Shown: positions 19,859 to 28,529 of the stretch, piece by piece
Layout: every line of letters begins with the position of its first letter
Position numbering within the stretch: the stretch's first letter is position 1
Virus record (IMG/VR): IMGVR_UViG_3300050821_003452
Span: 1-64,000 of that record
From: a virus
DNA: 64,000 nt
Strand: one strand, 5' to 3'
Position numbers and translations under genes: made by a program
Notes under the pieces: model-generated
What the model was told of the DNA's origin: nothing
Database searches by the model: none
What the model saw: the letters and a program-made list of their open reading frames with translations, nothing else

Positions 19859-20193
19859 GACAAATCCTCCAGTATCTTGCTGCCGGCCTCGATTTCATCT
19901 AGTGTAAAATCCGGCTGGAGCATTTCAAAGCGTTCTGGTTCAATGTGTTCGAACCCGTACCACCATTCTGATCGGTTCCCATCGTGCTTAAAAGAAATCA
20001 GCAAATCATAGTCAGTGGCATGAGTTTGGTTGGCGCTTAAATCCTCAATAACCCCTATTTGTCCCTTGATGGGACTGTAGCGTTTATCATGTGGGCCTCT
20101 TCTGTAAGGTTCCCTTCGGCTATCTCTTAATGGGACATAATCGATAAGAAACCTAATCCTGTCGCCTATTGCGAATTTTTGTTTGGGTCCCAT
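19855..20193 (-). CDS. SH3/KOW-like small protein with C-terminal tag
   Basis: FAIGDRIRF start; PDFTLDEIEAGSKILEDLS end. Confidence 0.7.
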   Translation of the reverse strand: MGPKQKFAIGDRIRFLIDYVPLRDSRREPYRRGPHDKRYSPIKGQIGVIEDLSANQTHATDYDLLISFKHDGNRSEWWYGFEHIEPERFEMLQPDFTLDEIEAGSKILEDLS

Positions 20194-20411
20194 GCCGGCA
20201 CCTTTGGTTTATCATTCATAAGCATTTCCTGAAGGCGCTCGTTTTCGAGTTGAGTATCCTCAAGGGTTTCTTCTAGGCTTGCCAGACATTGCAGAACAGC
20301 GTTAGTTAGTTGCGCCATCGCACTACTCGCATGAAGCGGGTTGGCAAACTGGTCCGGAGTTTTCGGAAGCTTGTCGATTAGCTCTCTAAATTTTTCAGTG
20401 TAGACGCCCAT
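20166..20411 (-). CDS. Hypothetical coiled-coil protein
   Basis: GGAG RBS; within operon. Confidence 0.55.
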   Translation of the reverse strand: MGVYTEKFRELIDKLPKTPDQFANPLHASSAMAQLTNAVLQCLASLEETLEDTQLENERLQEMLMNDKPKVPAWDPNKNSQ

Positions 20412-20634
20412 ATTTCTTCTCCTGCGATGACAGTCTCATATTCTTCTGCGCCGTTATTCATGACTTGCTTATTATATGGAAGCGCATCAAGGCCCGCTCT
20501 CAGGATTTTACCAATGTTGGCATTTGCCGTATTGCCGCCGTTTTATCGAAATACTCCGACACCCATATCTGGTCGTCTCCAGAAAGGTTCTGGTATTCGT
20601 TATGGGCCCGATCCCAAAGCTGCCTATCAACCAT
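20378..20634 (-). pseudogene. Frameshifted tag-bearing gene
   Basis: MVDRQLW...YFDK in one frame continues as NGGNTAN...NGAEEYETVIAGEEIW in the -1 frame; one extra A in the A4 run (20541-20544) restores an 85-aa ORF. Confidence 0.55.
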
Positions 20635-20872
20635 TCATGATCTCCTGCGCTGTTATGGCCTCTTCGTACTCTTGGGCCGCGACTGTCATAGGGGTGGGGA
20701 CCAAATCCGGCATACGCCAATAAATGGCTTCCAATAGTGCCTGCCCATCATAGAGCGGGACCCTGTTTATTTTGTAGCGTCCGATGATAGTAGCGCGTTC
20801 AGCGGTCCCCTCAGGGGCCACTTTGTTCAAAAGGTTGACTATTTCAACCCACTTTGCGGTATGTATGGCCAT
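20627..20872 (-). CDS. Hypothetical protein with C-terminal tag
   Basis: AAQEYEEAITAQEIMNG end; GAGG RBS. Confidence 0.7.
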   Translation of the reverse strand: MAIHTAKWVEIVNLLNKVAPEGTAERATIIGRYKINRVPLYDGQALLEAIYWRMPDLVPTPMTVAAQEYEEAITAQEIMNG

Positions 20873-20919
20873 ATGCTATGATCCTCTTATGTTGGTCTTT
20901 ACACCCAAACTGGGGCTAA

Positions 20920-21387
20920 ATGATGGTTACTAATTCTGTGCTGCGCGATCCCAAGAGAGAACTCTTTGCGCAAAAAGTTTCTGCCGGCGTTCCCAAGGAA
21001 CAGGCTTACCAAGAAGCGGGCTACCTTGGAAAATCAAAAATGGGCAGTTCTCGTCTTATGAATATCCCTGCCGTGCGAGCCCGCATCAACGAAATCATGG
21101 ATGCTGGCGCCAAGCGTTCTGAGCTAACCAGAAAGGGTATTCTGGAGAGAATATTCGAAGACTGGGAGACCGCACGTAAACTCGGCCAGATACCTGCTGC
21201 GCTCAAAGCCGGGGAATTATTGGGTCGCGAGATGTTCCGGATGTTTACCGAACGAAAAGAAATTGGTGGCCCGGGGGATTTCGATCAGAAGTCTGAGGAA
21301 GAGCTTCGTCAGATCGTTACAGAGGAACTAAAACAACTGGGCTGGGAAGACCTATCAACCCAACCTCCCTCAGATACCGTCAATTAG
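20920..21387 (+). CDS. terS: Terminase small subunit
   Basis: KRELFAQ..G...QAY.EAGY.....SRL...P.VRARI.E HTH; ALKAGELLG...MFTERKEI. Confidence 0.8.
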   Translation: MMVTNSVLRDPKRELFAQKVSAGVPKEQAYQEAGYLGKSKMGSSRLMNIPAVRARINEIMDAGAKRSELTRKGILERIFEDWETARKLGQIPAALKAGELLGREMFRMFTERKEIGGPGDFDQKSEEELRQIVTEELKQLGWEDLSTQPPSDTVN

Positions 21388-21651
21388 CTCTTGCGCTTCG
21401 TGGATTTCATCTAGCGTGAAATCAGGTTCAGGTGGCTTTAGTTTGATTATCTCCAGGTCTTCCTCTGGATAAATAAATCCATCATGATGGGGGTGTATCT
21501 CTTCCACATGCGGCCAAATAACGCGACGCCAAGTTCTTTTACTGTTGTTTGGCTTGGTGTCTAATGCCGTTATTCTTCCAGTTTCTCCCTTGGATTGGTG
21601 CAACCAGTGACTTAGATTACCTTTGATTTTTACCAGATCACCTATTTTCAT
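21370..21651 (-). CDS. SH3/KOW-like small protein with C-terminal tag
   Basis: MKIGDLVKI start after GGAGG RBS; PDFTLDEIHEAQELIDGI end. Confidence 0.7.
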   Translation of the reverse strand: MKIGDLVKIKGNLSHWLHQSKGETGRITALDTKPNNSKRTWRRVIWPHVEEIHPHHDGFIYPEEDLEIIKLKPPEPDFTLDEIHEAQELIDGI

Positions 21652-21665
21652 CTTTATCCCTCCAT

Positions 21666-21712
21666 AATTGCTTAACACAGTCCCCCGTAAGGGACTGGCC
21701 TTAAGCAATTCA
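21666..21712 (-). promoter_or_regulatory. Intergenic structured RNA element, copy 1 (lacks alternative hairpin)
   Basis: Transcript: AATTGCTTAA GGC CAGTCCCT-TACG-GGGGACTG TG TTAAGCAATT. Confidence 0.65.
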
Positions 21713-21789
21713 GAATGGCGCCGTGATGTATCCGGCTATGTAGCCAGCGCAGAATAACTCCACGCAGAAAACCAGACGGAAAAATATCA

Positions 21790-22197
21790 TTAATGCACCG
21801 TATGGCCGGCGTGGCCATCCTCTTCGTTATGGTCCGGATCACCGCACTTGCCGAAAGCCGCTTTGGCCAAATCGGAAAGCTCGTCCGGATCGGTTTCGGC
21901 CTGAGCCATACAGGCCAGCATGAAGGGAATATAAGCCTCTTCAGGCACGCCAATGGCTTTCAGCACTTCATGGGATTTATCTACACCCCACTTGGCATGT
22001 TCCCCAAGTTTGTGATGCTTGTGGAAATGCTCGGCCTTTTCATGCAGAAACGGCACGATGCAAAGATATTTTGCAAGAGCCTTTTCAGCATCGTCGCCGG
22101 GGAAAACAGCAAGAAGGTGTTCTTTCTCAAGGACAACACCGTTGACCTTGAATTCCTTCTCGGTTTCCTCGACCTTGATCTTGATCATTCCAAACAT
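21790..22197 (-). CDS. Hypothetical His-rich protein
   Basis: GAGAGGGA RBS. Confidence 0.65.
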   Translation of the reverse strand: MFGMIKIKVEETEKEFKVNGVVLEKEHLLAVFPGDDAEKALAKYLCIVPFLHEKAEHFHKHHKLGEHAKWGVDKSHEVLKAIGVPEEAYIPFMLACMAQAETDPDELSDLAKAAFGKCGDPDHNEEDGHAGHTVH

Positions 22198-22267
22198 GAT
22201 TTCCCTCTCTCGATTGAAGCATAAGCGCTTCGTGCTGCGCTATGGACTAGCGTAGGACGAAAGGCTT
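22198..22267 (-). promoter_or_regulatory. Intergenic structured RNA element, copy 2
   Basis: AAGCCTTTCG TC CTACGCTA-GTCCA-TAGCGCAG CA CGAAGCGCTT AT GCTTC then GAGAGGGAA RBS. Confidence 0.65.
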
Positions 22268-22299
22268 GCTTATATTTACACCCAAATTGGGGAAAATCT

Positions 22300-22857
22300 A
22301 TGTCTAAGACGTGCTCACGATGTTCTCAAACGAAACTACTGACGGAGTTTTATGCCCGTGGATCATGGTGCAGGACTTGCAACAAGACTATATGCAAAGC
22401 GTACTATGAAGCTCGGAAGCGACGGAATGGGAAGCTGGTAAGGCCGCGCAATCCGATCATTAATGGTCTCAAAAATTGTCGCCAGTGTAATACTGTAAAG
22501 CTCATATCAGAATTTTGGAAACACGGTAAATTTCCCGGCGCGTACTGTAAGATTTGCGCTAGTGAGGCAGGTAAGGCGTGGTATAAAGAGAATAAGCGTA
22601 AGGATAAGGATTGGAAACTGCGTCGCACTTACGGCCTCACCATTGATCAGTACGAACAAATATTGGCTCGACAGAATTATAAATGTGCTATTTGCAAAGT
22701 TTCTAATCCGAAAGGTCGGAATGGCTTCAACGTAGATCATTGTCACGAAACTAGTAAAATTCGCGGTTTACTTTGTTCCAATTGTAACATTGGAATAGGA
22801 AATCTTCAACACGACCCGGATATTCTCCGGGCCGCATTGAAGTATCTCGAAGTCTAG
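22300..22857 (+). CDS. Endonuclease VII-like HNH homing endonuclease
   Basis: CxxC zinc motifs; YGLT..QY..IL..Q..KCAIC...VDHCH.T.KIRGLLC..CN..IG; inserted against the operon direction. Confidence 0.9.
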   Translation: MSKTCSRCSQTKLLTEFYARGSWCRTCNKTICKAYYEARKRRNGKLVRPRNPIINGLKNCRQCNTVKLISEFWKHGKFPGAYCKICASEAGKAWYKENKRKDKDWKLRRTYGLTIDQYEQILARQNYKCAICKVSNPKGRNGFNVDHCHETSKIRGLLCSNCNIGIGNLQHDPDILRAALKYLEV

Positions 22858-24020
22858 TAATCAACCGTTCGCCCAAAGGGCGCGCGGAGCTTGTTGTGGG
22901 CAGCGAAGTTCACAAATACGACGGGAAAGGGCGGTTCCTTGCCAAAGGAACCCGTCTCTAAATCTGTGAAAAAGATCATGCCAACTGATCCGGCATATTC
23001 TTCGTTCACAAGCTTCATGAGACTTTCAAAGTGCGTCCCTCCGCCCCCGCGAGGCTTCCATTCAATGACACCCTGCGAGTTGGTTACGACCGAAATTGAC
23101 TTCGGTTCAGTGTCCACGGCAATAAGCGTGGCTTGGTTGATAATATTCTCGTCCAAAACCGCTGACGCCTCTGTCTTCATGGCTTTCAACATATCATCAC
23201 TCACAGAGCCAGATACGTCAAATACCAACAGAAGATTGTAGATATTGTCATCGGCATAACCCGGCATAATCGGGTCCTGCCTACGACGATTTACGCGGGT
23301 CCAAGAACGACTTTCGCGTGATTTGGCATCGCGCGACATATCCCGGATAATATCCCGCCAATTCAGTTTCTCGACTGGCAATAATTCTTCTACCAATCGC
23401 TGAATGTTGGCCGGCATATTGCCGGCCTTCTTGGCCTTGTCAGAGGCGTTTGCTACCGCGCGTGACCAATCCTTGGCTGCCTGATCGGCCTCTTCCTGAT
23501 CTTCCGGAGAGGGGTCTTCCATGCCGCCCGGTTGGTTAGCACCGTTTTCACCATCGCTTTGGCCTTTGCCGCCGCCTTTGCCACCACCACCTTTCTTGCT
23601 TTCCTGTTCTTCCAGAAGCTCATAAATCTCTTCCGCAGCTTTATTAGGATAAAGCCCATCGCCTTTCATTAACTCGGGATGTTGTGGAAAATACTGATGA
23701 ACCAATGGCCTTACTGAAAAGTCAGTGGCTTGGTTCCACTTGTCCTTGTCGCGGGACTTCCTGCGGGGAACATGCGCCAATGCAAGGTGCATGATCACTT
23801 CAAGAATATCGCCCTCAATGTACTGATCATTTTCCTTGACGTATTCCGGATTGAAAAAGATGTTGATGCCGTTAGTCCAGATTGCGGGCCTACGGTCACT
23901 TTCTTCAAGCCGGGCATTGAACAGAAGGGACGCAAAGAAAGGATTGCGCCGCGCGATACGTTCGCGTGCCACCAATACCCGTCGCATTGCATCCGTATAT
24001 TTGGTATTCCAGTTCCACAT
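22854..24020 (-). CDS. VWA-domain protein with peptidase-like N-domain (DUF2201-like)
   Basis: PFFASLL..TNG..IFFNP N-domain; DVSGS MIDAS, GGGGT.F, FFTD. Confidence 0.85.
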   Translation of the reverse strand: MWNWNTKYTDAMRRVLVARERIARRNPFFASLLFNARLEESDRRPAIWTNGINIFFNPEYVKENDQYIEGDILEVIMHLALAHVPRRKSRDKDKWNQATDFSVRPLVHQYFPQHPELMKGDGLYPNKAAEEIYELLEEQESKKGGGGKGGGKGQSDGENGANQPGGMEDPSPEDQEEADQAAKDWSRAVANASDKAKKAGNMPANIQRLVEELLPVEKLNWRDIIRDMSRDAKSRESRSWTRVNRRRQDPIMPGYADDNIYNLLLVFDVSGSVSDDMLKAMKTEASAVLDENIINQATLIAVDTEPKSISVVTNSQGVIEWKPRGGGGTHFESLMKLVNEEYAGSVGMIFFTDLETGSFGKEPPFPVVFVNFAAHNKLRAPFGRTVDY

Positions 24021-24095
24021 GATTTGTTCCCTCTTTATGAAGCATGTCGCTTCGTGCTGCCCTAGATTGCTCTAGGGCAGTGTCGAAACGTCTTA
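24021..24095 (-). promoter_or_regulatory. Intergenic structured RNA element, copy 3
   Basis: TAA GACGTTTCG ACA CTGCCCTAGA-GCAA-TCTAGGGCAG CA CGAAGCGAC AT GCTTC then AGAGGGAA. Confidence 0.75.
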
Positions 24096-25115
24096 CTTCT
24101 TATCAACCGCTTCCTGTACCAAGCTCGCCAAGTCTTTGTTGGACTTGAGACTGGTATCGCGCGCCATGGCTTCGTGTGCGGCCATGGAACGGATATCCGG
24201 AGTAAGCCGCGAAAGATACTCGGCAAACTTGGAGGCGTTCTTGAGGTCGATGTTCTTGGCCACGGCAGACGCCACAACATACTGATAGTGTGGATCAGTC
24301 GGGACCTTGGCCTTGCTCGGATTAGCCAGAATATCGCCCATCTTGGGAAGTCCCGCCGCAAGGTTATTGATGAACGTCATAAACTGACGCGAAAAGCCGT
24401 CACCAAGAATAGCCTGAGCATTGTTCTCAAGAACAGCCTTGGAGCTATCCATTGAGAGGTTTTTCAGGACCTTGTTGAAGCTTTCCAAAGACCTTGGCGT
24501 CGGAAATGCCGGATCAGTCTGCGATACCTTGTGAATATCGTCAGGCCGAAGTGTCAAATACGCGACAAGGCGCGGGTCCCAACCCCAGATTTTCATCTTT
24601 TCGATCAAACCCGGAGCGTCGGGTTCCACACTGACATGCGCCATGCGGTTCTCAAGAGGCTTCAGCATCTTGTTATCGCCGCCGCCGTCAGTCCGGGTAT
24701 TGCTTGCCAGCAAAACGCGGTTTTTGTTGGGCAACGGAAAGCCGCCCAAACCACGATCCAGCACAAGGCTATAAGCCATCTGCTGAAGCTGTACACTCGC
24801 ATGTCCGAACTCGTCATAGAACATCACGTGCATATTGCCGTCTTCCTGCGGAATGAATGCAGGCCGCGTCCAATAAGTCGCACGATTGTCCTTGTCGATA
24901 ATCGGCATGCCAGTGCCATCCACAATATCCTTTGTGGAAAGCCGGGTATCATGCAAGATCGAAGTGCCGTATTCTTTGACTATGGCTGGCAAGACTTCGT
25001 TCTTGATGATAGAAGACTTGCCCACACCAGTCGGGCCATAGATCATTACCGGAACATCGGCAAAGACCAAAGGCAAGACGGTATCTGCAAGCTTGGTTAT
25101 TTTCACCTTAAGCAT
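24093..25115 (-). CDS. MoxR/dynein-related AAA+ ATPase
   Basis: GPTGVGKS, FYDE, ASN...D, PLENR, FPTPRS motifs. Confidence 0.9.
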   Translation of the reverse strand: MLKVKITKLADTVLPLVFADVPVMIYGPTGVGKSSIIKNEVLPAIVKEYGTSILHDTRLSTKDIVDGTGMPIIDKDNRATYWTRPAFIPQEDGNMHVMFYDEFGHASVQLQQMAYSLVLDRGLGGFPLPNKNRVLLASNTRTDGGGDNKMLKPLENRMAHVSVEPDAPGLIEKMKIWGWDPRLVAYLTLRPDDIHKVSQTDPAFPTPRSLESFNKVLKNLSMDSSKAVLENNAQAILGDGFSRQFMTFINNLAAGLPKMGDILANPSKAKVPTDPHYQYVVASAVAKNIDLKNASKFAEYLSRLTPDIRSMAAHEAMARDTSLKSNKDLASLVQEAVDKK

Positions 25116-25199
25116 GTTTGATTTTCCCTCTCGTCTGAGCAACATTGCTCACCAATGCGCTATATGGCTAGTACAGCGCATGGCGTGAACAGTGATTTA
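25116..25199 (-). promoter_or_regulatory. Intergenic structured RNA element, copy 4
   Basis: CACTGTTCAC GCC ATGCGCTGTA-loop-TATAGCGCAT TG GTGAGCAATG TTGCTCA then GAGAGGGAA. Confidence 0.7.
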
Positions 25200-25427
25200 C
25201 GCATACCTGCTATGCGTTATTGAGGTATCAAGACTGTATCCATGAGACCACACTTTTAGCGTTGTGCCGTCCGTAAAGGTAAGGATAATTGTCTCGTTAT
25301 TCCCGTTGGTATTGTTGGCAGTGTCCATTGCCATGTATTCGGCATGAGAAATGGTCTTGCCAACAAGCTCAAAGATATTCACTGGCATCTTCCACCATCG
25401 AAGTGATTTCCTTGTCCCGCAAATCAA
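25197..25427 (-). CDS. Hypothetical protein
   Basis: ELVGKTI...IILTFTDGT motif; likely start at MPVN. Confidence 0.55.
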   Translation of the reverse strand: MICGTRKSLRWWKMPVNIFELVGKTISHAEYMAMDTANNTNGNNETIILTFTDGTTLKVWSHGYSLDTSITHSRYA

Positions 25428-26325
25428 GACTTGCGAGCGTGGCCATGACTTCGTTAGCTACTTCCAGAGCTTTTGGCTTGCCATAAGGCGCAACAGGATC
25501 GTTGAACCTTTCAGGCCTGCGGCGCCAGTAGTCTGCGCTGAAATAAGTCAACCGGCCTAAATCAGTGATGACTTTCTTGATTTGCTTGTTCTCAGTCAGA
25601 TTAAGCTTCTCAAGAATTTTTTGAGTATCCCTGATATTATCGATCAAGCTATCATGAATTTTGCCAAGTAATTCGCCCGTAGAAGGCTCTACTTTGACGT
25701 TTTCAAGCTTGTCAATAAAGGCCTGCACGACTTCTCTTGCGCGCCTTACCATGTCATGAGAAGCATCAACTAGCCGTTCTTCGATTTCAGCCTCAATGGA
25801 AGCTTTCGCTTCGCTTGCTGCCTCTTTCGAAATTTCAGCCATCAAATGCCCACTATCAGGCATAGGCCAATAACTAACCTTTGCCGTGAATAGCGCCTTA
25901 GCCTCGTCTTGGCTAGGATATTGCCGGCTATCGAATAACGGTCCTAAATCCCTTTCACTGGCTGCAACAAGTGCAGGATAGTAAAAGATATATTCGGAGC
26001 GCGCGTCTTCTAAATCTTTCAGCGCGGCATTTACGTCATAGCGAAAAGCCTCCAGTGTTTTCACTGGAATCAATCGCATGTTTTCATTTCCCCATGGCAG
26101 GGTATAACGGTAGACGACTTCGCGAACGCGCTGGCTTGCCGCTAATATCCTCTTGACCGTTTTATGATTGCGGTCGATCAGATAAGTAGAGGCTTGCGCA
26201 CGCTTGTCAGATACATGATATGTATTCTGAACCAACGTTGAAGCTTTACTATTCTTGCGTTGGCCAAGCAATCCGCCGTTGGAAATGGTGACAGATACCA
26301 GCATTGCTTTCTTAGTGATATCCAT
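25369..26325 (-). CDS. DUF3150-like helical protein associated with AAA/VWA modules
   Basis: TLPW....RLIP, LG.LF....YP, HDSLIDN...L..LNLT pattern; next to MoxR-VWA pair. Confidence 0.6.
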   Translation of the reverse strand: MDITKKAMLVSVTISNGGLLGQRKNSKASTLVQNTYHVSDKRAQASTYLIDRNHKTVKRILAASQRVREVVYRYTLPWGNENMRLIPVKTLEAFRYDVNAALKDLEDARSEYIFYYPALVAASERDLGPLFDSRQYPSQDEAKALFTAKVSYWPMPDSGHLMAEISKEAASEAKASIEAEIEERLVDASHDMVRRAREVVQAFIDKLENVKVEPSTGELLGKIHDSLIDNIRDTQKILEKLNLTENKQIKKVITDLGRLTYFSADYWRRRPERFNDPVAPYGKPKALEVANEVMATLASLDLRDKEITSMVEDASEYL

Positions 26326-26395
26326 TTGATCCCTCTCTCTATTAGAGCTTAATGCTCTATGCTGCACTGTTGCCAGTGCAGAGGTAGAACATTCA
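26326..26395 (-). promoter_or_regulatory. Intergenic structured RNA element, copy 5
   Basis: TGA ATGTTCTA CCT CTGCACTG-GCAA-CAGTGCAG CA TAGAGCATT AA GCTCTA then AGAGAGGGA. Confidence 0.75.
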
Positions 26396-26611
26396 GGAGT
26401 TAAGCCAATCCTTGGCCGCTTTCATGGCTTCTTTATAATTGACTACGGCAATGGTATTGCCGGCTATCGCCGTAGGATAAATGGGTTTCCCGTTTTCGTC
26501 GCGGAAATAGATTTCCCAACCTTGACCATAATGGCGAACGCCAACGTGGCCTTTTGATCCCTCAAAACTATACCACTGGTTGGCAAGTTTCTTGCGTGCT
26601 ATCTTATTCAT
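26393..26611 (-). CDS. Hypothetical early protein
   Basis: Flanked by elements 5 and 6; strong RBS. Confidence 0.7.
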   Translation of the reverse strand: MNKIARKKLANQWYSFEGSKGHVGVRHYGQGWEIYFRDENGKPIYPTAIAGNTIAVVNYKEAMKAAKDWLNS

Positions 26612-26679
26612 GTGCTTCCCTCTCTATTGAAGCTTAATGCTTCTCACTACCGCTCGTAAGCGGTAGGACAGAAACATTA
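26612..26679 (-). promoter_or_regulatory. Intergenic structured RNA element, copy 6
   Basis: TAATGTTTCT GTC CTACCGCT-TACG-AGCGGTAG TG AGAAGCATTA A GCTTC then AGAGAGGGAA. Confidence 0.75.
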
Positions 26680-26979
26680 GAGCGTGGCAGTTTTGCCTTT
26701 ACTGCCGTAGAATTGCAGACTTTCTTGATCCCGCAGAATTGTCTCATATTCGACGGTATCAATTCCCGTTGCCGCCAAAAACCGGAACGTATCGAAATTG
26801 TCGTTTGTGCTTCGTAGATAGTCTGCAAACAAACGGGCAATTTCGAGGCGTTTATCAGGGCTAACGCGCGAGATAATGCCGGCGATATATGCAAAGTGTC
26901 GATGTTGCATAAATCCGGATTTTATCACTCTTGCGCTAACCCTGTCCTTGGCTAGTGCCGATTTAGCTGATAACGGCAT
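26677..26979 (-). CDS. Hypothetical early protein
   Basis: QHRHFAYIA...FADYLRSTN.NFD..RFL.A motif typical of small phage early proteins. Confidence 0.6.
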   Translation of the reverse strand: MPLSAKSALAKDRVSARVIKSGFMQHRHFAYIAGIISRVSPDKRLEIARLFADYLRSTNDNFDTFRFLAATGIDTVEYETILRDQESLQFYGSKGKTATL

Positions 26980-27169
26980 TTTTCTTTGCCTTTCTATAAG
27001 CCACAATGGCTGCATAAATCTTTTGCTCAGGTTCATGCGTCATTTCAGCGATGTTCTTGACGGTTTCATGTAACGCAAGGGCAATGCCTTTGTTTCTGCC
27101 AAGCCTAAACGAGGCATAAACGCCAAGGCCATAAACTAGGCCGATCATGAGATAATTTTCTATTGCCAT
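26963..27169 (-). CDS. Small membrane-anchored protein
   Basis: AGAGGGAA RBS; N-terminal TM. Confidence 0.6.
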   Translation of the reverse strand: MAIENYLMIGLVYGLGVYASFRLGRNKGIALALHETVKNIAEMTHEPEQKIYAAIVAYRKAKKNAVIS

Positions 27170-27177
27170 GGTTCCCT

Positions 27178-27384
27178 CTATTCGTCGTTTGGAGTTTCGA
27201 TTAAATCTGGCAAATCGGGCGGAATAGCTGCGGCAATTTCAAGTTTGCCTAACAGCCAGTCCCAATATCCAAGGCGCGTATTGTCCTCAGATACGTCCCG
27301 CTGCCAGTCGGCAACCGGAAATTTATCGTTCTCTTTCCAGATGCCGCCGTGTTCGTCTGCCAGCAAATAAGCTTCCGGGGACAT
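27178..27384 (-). CDS. Hypothetical early protein
   Basis: FPVADWQ.DV....TRLGYWDW motif. Confidence 0.65.
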   Translation of the reverse strand: MSPEAYLLADEHGGIWKENDKFPVADWQRDVSEDNTRLGYWDWLLGKLEIAAAIPPDLPDLIETPNDE

Positions 27385-27641
27385 TATTTTGCCCTCTTGT
27401 TATCTGCCCGATAACCTTTTCGGTTATAAGCATATGAAGCTTTCGGCGCAGTGAAAGTCACAACCTTAGGCGTAGGCTGCCCGACATGCTGGCGCGCGTC
27501 TTTAAGTGTCTTATGCGCGACAATCTGCGAGGCATCGCCAATGCTGCTTTCCCGCACGGTTTGATACCGCACTGTTTCGCCGCGAATATTGGAAACCTTT
27601 TGGATTGCATGACCGTTGTAACGGTCGATTGTTCTTAACAT
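27384..27641 (-). CDS. Hypothetical early protein
   Basis: Downstream of element 7; strong RBS. Confidence 0.65.
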   Translation of the reverse strand: MLRTIDRYNGHAIQKVSNIRGETVRYQTVRESSIGDASQIVAHKTLKDARQHVGQPTPKVVTFTAPKASYAYNRKGYRADNKRAK

Positions 27642-27718
27642 GGTTATTCCCTCTCTCTATGGTGAAGCAAAATGCTTCGCAATGTAGTAGGATTAGCTAC
27701 TACATGCCGAAACATTCA
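27642..27718 (-). promoter_or_regulatory. Intergenic structured RNA element, copy 7
   Basis: TGA ATGTTTCG GC ATGTAGTAG-CTAATC-CTACTACAT TG CGAAGCATT TT GCTTC then GAGAGGGAA. Confidence 0.75.
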
Positions 27719-28108
27719 AGCGTTGGCAAATTCAATCCAGTCCGATACATTGGGCGCGTATTCGTGATGATAGTCGAAATTGAAATTATCTAATTCCGCC
27801 TCAGGAATAAGATAATCTGCGATATTATCACGCCAAGCTATTTCGTAATCATCCCATTTGCGAGAGATTAAATATTCCAGATGCCTGTTATTGTCCCAAG
27901 CCTCATTCCATGTTCGGTCCCTCCATCCGCCGCGCTTGATAACCATCATTTCCGAATAAACCATGCTGGCATTATTTGCCCAGTTTCGGGAATACGGATT
28001 GCCAACCATAGGCAAGGGATGCTTGTATTTGCCAAGCCGTGATGGCATTGTCAGGCCGGTTTTGAATTTATACGGCCAAGCTTGAAAGCCTGCTTTCTTC
28101 TTTGCCAT
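27716..28108 (-). CDS. Hypothetical early protein
   Basis: Start MAKKK after GAGAGGGAA RBS. Confidence 0.65.
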   Translation of the reverse strand: MAKKKAGFQAWPYKFKTGLTMPSRLGKYKHPLPMVGNPYSRNWANNASMVYSEMMVIKRGGWRDRTWNEAWDNNRHLEYLISRKWDDYEIAWRDNIADYLIPEAELDNFNFDYHHEYAPNVSDWIEFANA

Positions 28109-28179
28109 GATATTTTCCCTCTCAATGAAGCTTGAGTGCTTCCCAATGCGGCGCGAACGCCGCACGGCGGAAACATTCA
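28109..28179 (-). promoter_or_regulatory. Intergenic structured RNA element, copy 8
   Basis: TGAATGTTTCC GCC GTGCGGCG-TTCG-CGCCGCAT TG GGAAGCACTCA AGCTTC then GAGAGGGAA. Confidence 0.75.
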
Positions 28180-28287
28180 TTTGGCTTTGTAAGTGATTTG
28201 CACATTTTGACCGATAAGCCAGTGTCCAATTCGCAAAAATTGGACCCCTAGCCAAATACGGTAATTGCGCTTAAGCCAGATATTCAT
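28177..28287 (-). CDS. 36-aa peptide MNIWLKRNYRIWLGVQFLRIGHWLIGQNVQITYKAK
   Basis: ATGA-coupled to the upstream gene; its TGA is the first base triplet of element 8. Confidence 0.55.
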   Translation of the reverse strand: MNIWLKRNYRIWLGVQFLRIGHWLIGQNVQITYKAK

Positions 28288-28454
28288 GGGCGCATAATTT
28301 CGAAGTGCCGATAACCTTCGCGCCAGCGCCGTGCTTTCCAAGTGAGTGGATTGTACGGATTGGCGTGAATTGAATATCCCTTGCCGGCCATAACGAAACC
28401 TGTTTCGAAAGCTTCGTCGCGACCTGCGATGGCTGTTGCTAGACTGTAGATCAT
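28284..28454 (-). CDS. Small protein with NPY...W.EGY motif (RMF-like pattern)
   Basis: AFETG..AG......NPY.......W.EGY. Confidence 0.55.
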   Translation of the reverse strand: MIYSLATAIAGRDEAFETGFVMAGKGYSIHANPYNPLTWKARRWREGYRHFEIMRP

Positions 28455-28529
28455 GATATTTTCCCTCTCGATATAGAGCACAATGCTCTAGACTGTGCTG
28501 GAATAACCAGCACAGGGTTAGAACATTTA
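28455..28529 (-). promoter_or_regulatory. Intergenic structured RNA element, copy 9
   Basis: TAA ATGTTCTA ACC CTGTGCTGG-TTATT-CCAGCACAG TC TAGAGCATT G TGCTCTA then GAGAGGGAA. Confidence 0.75.

Noticed and set aside
24021-28529. Elements as hammerhead ribozymes (GAAAC on + strand) or intrinsic terminators
   Set aside because: No CUGANGA core found; GAAAC is just the complement of the lower stem; no U-tract follows the hairpins on the sense strand
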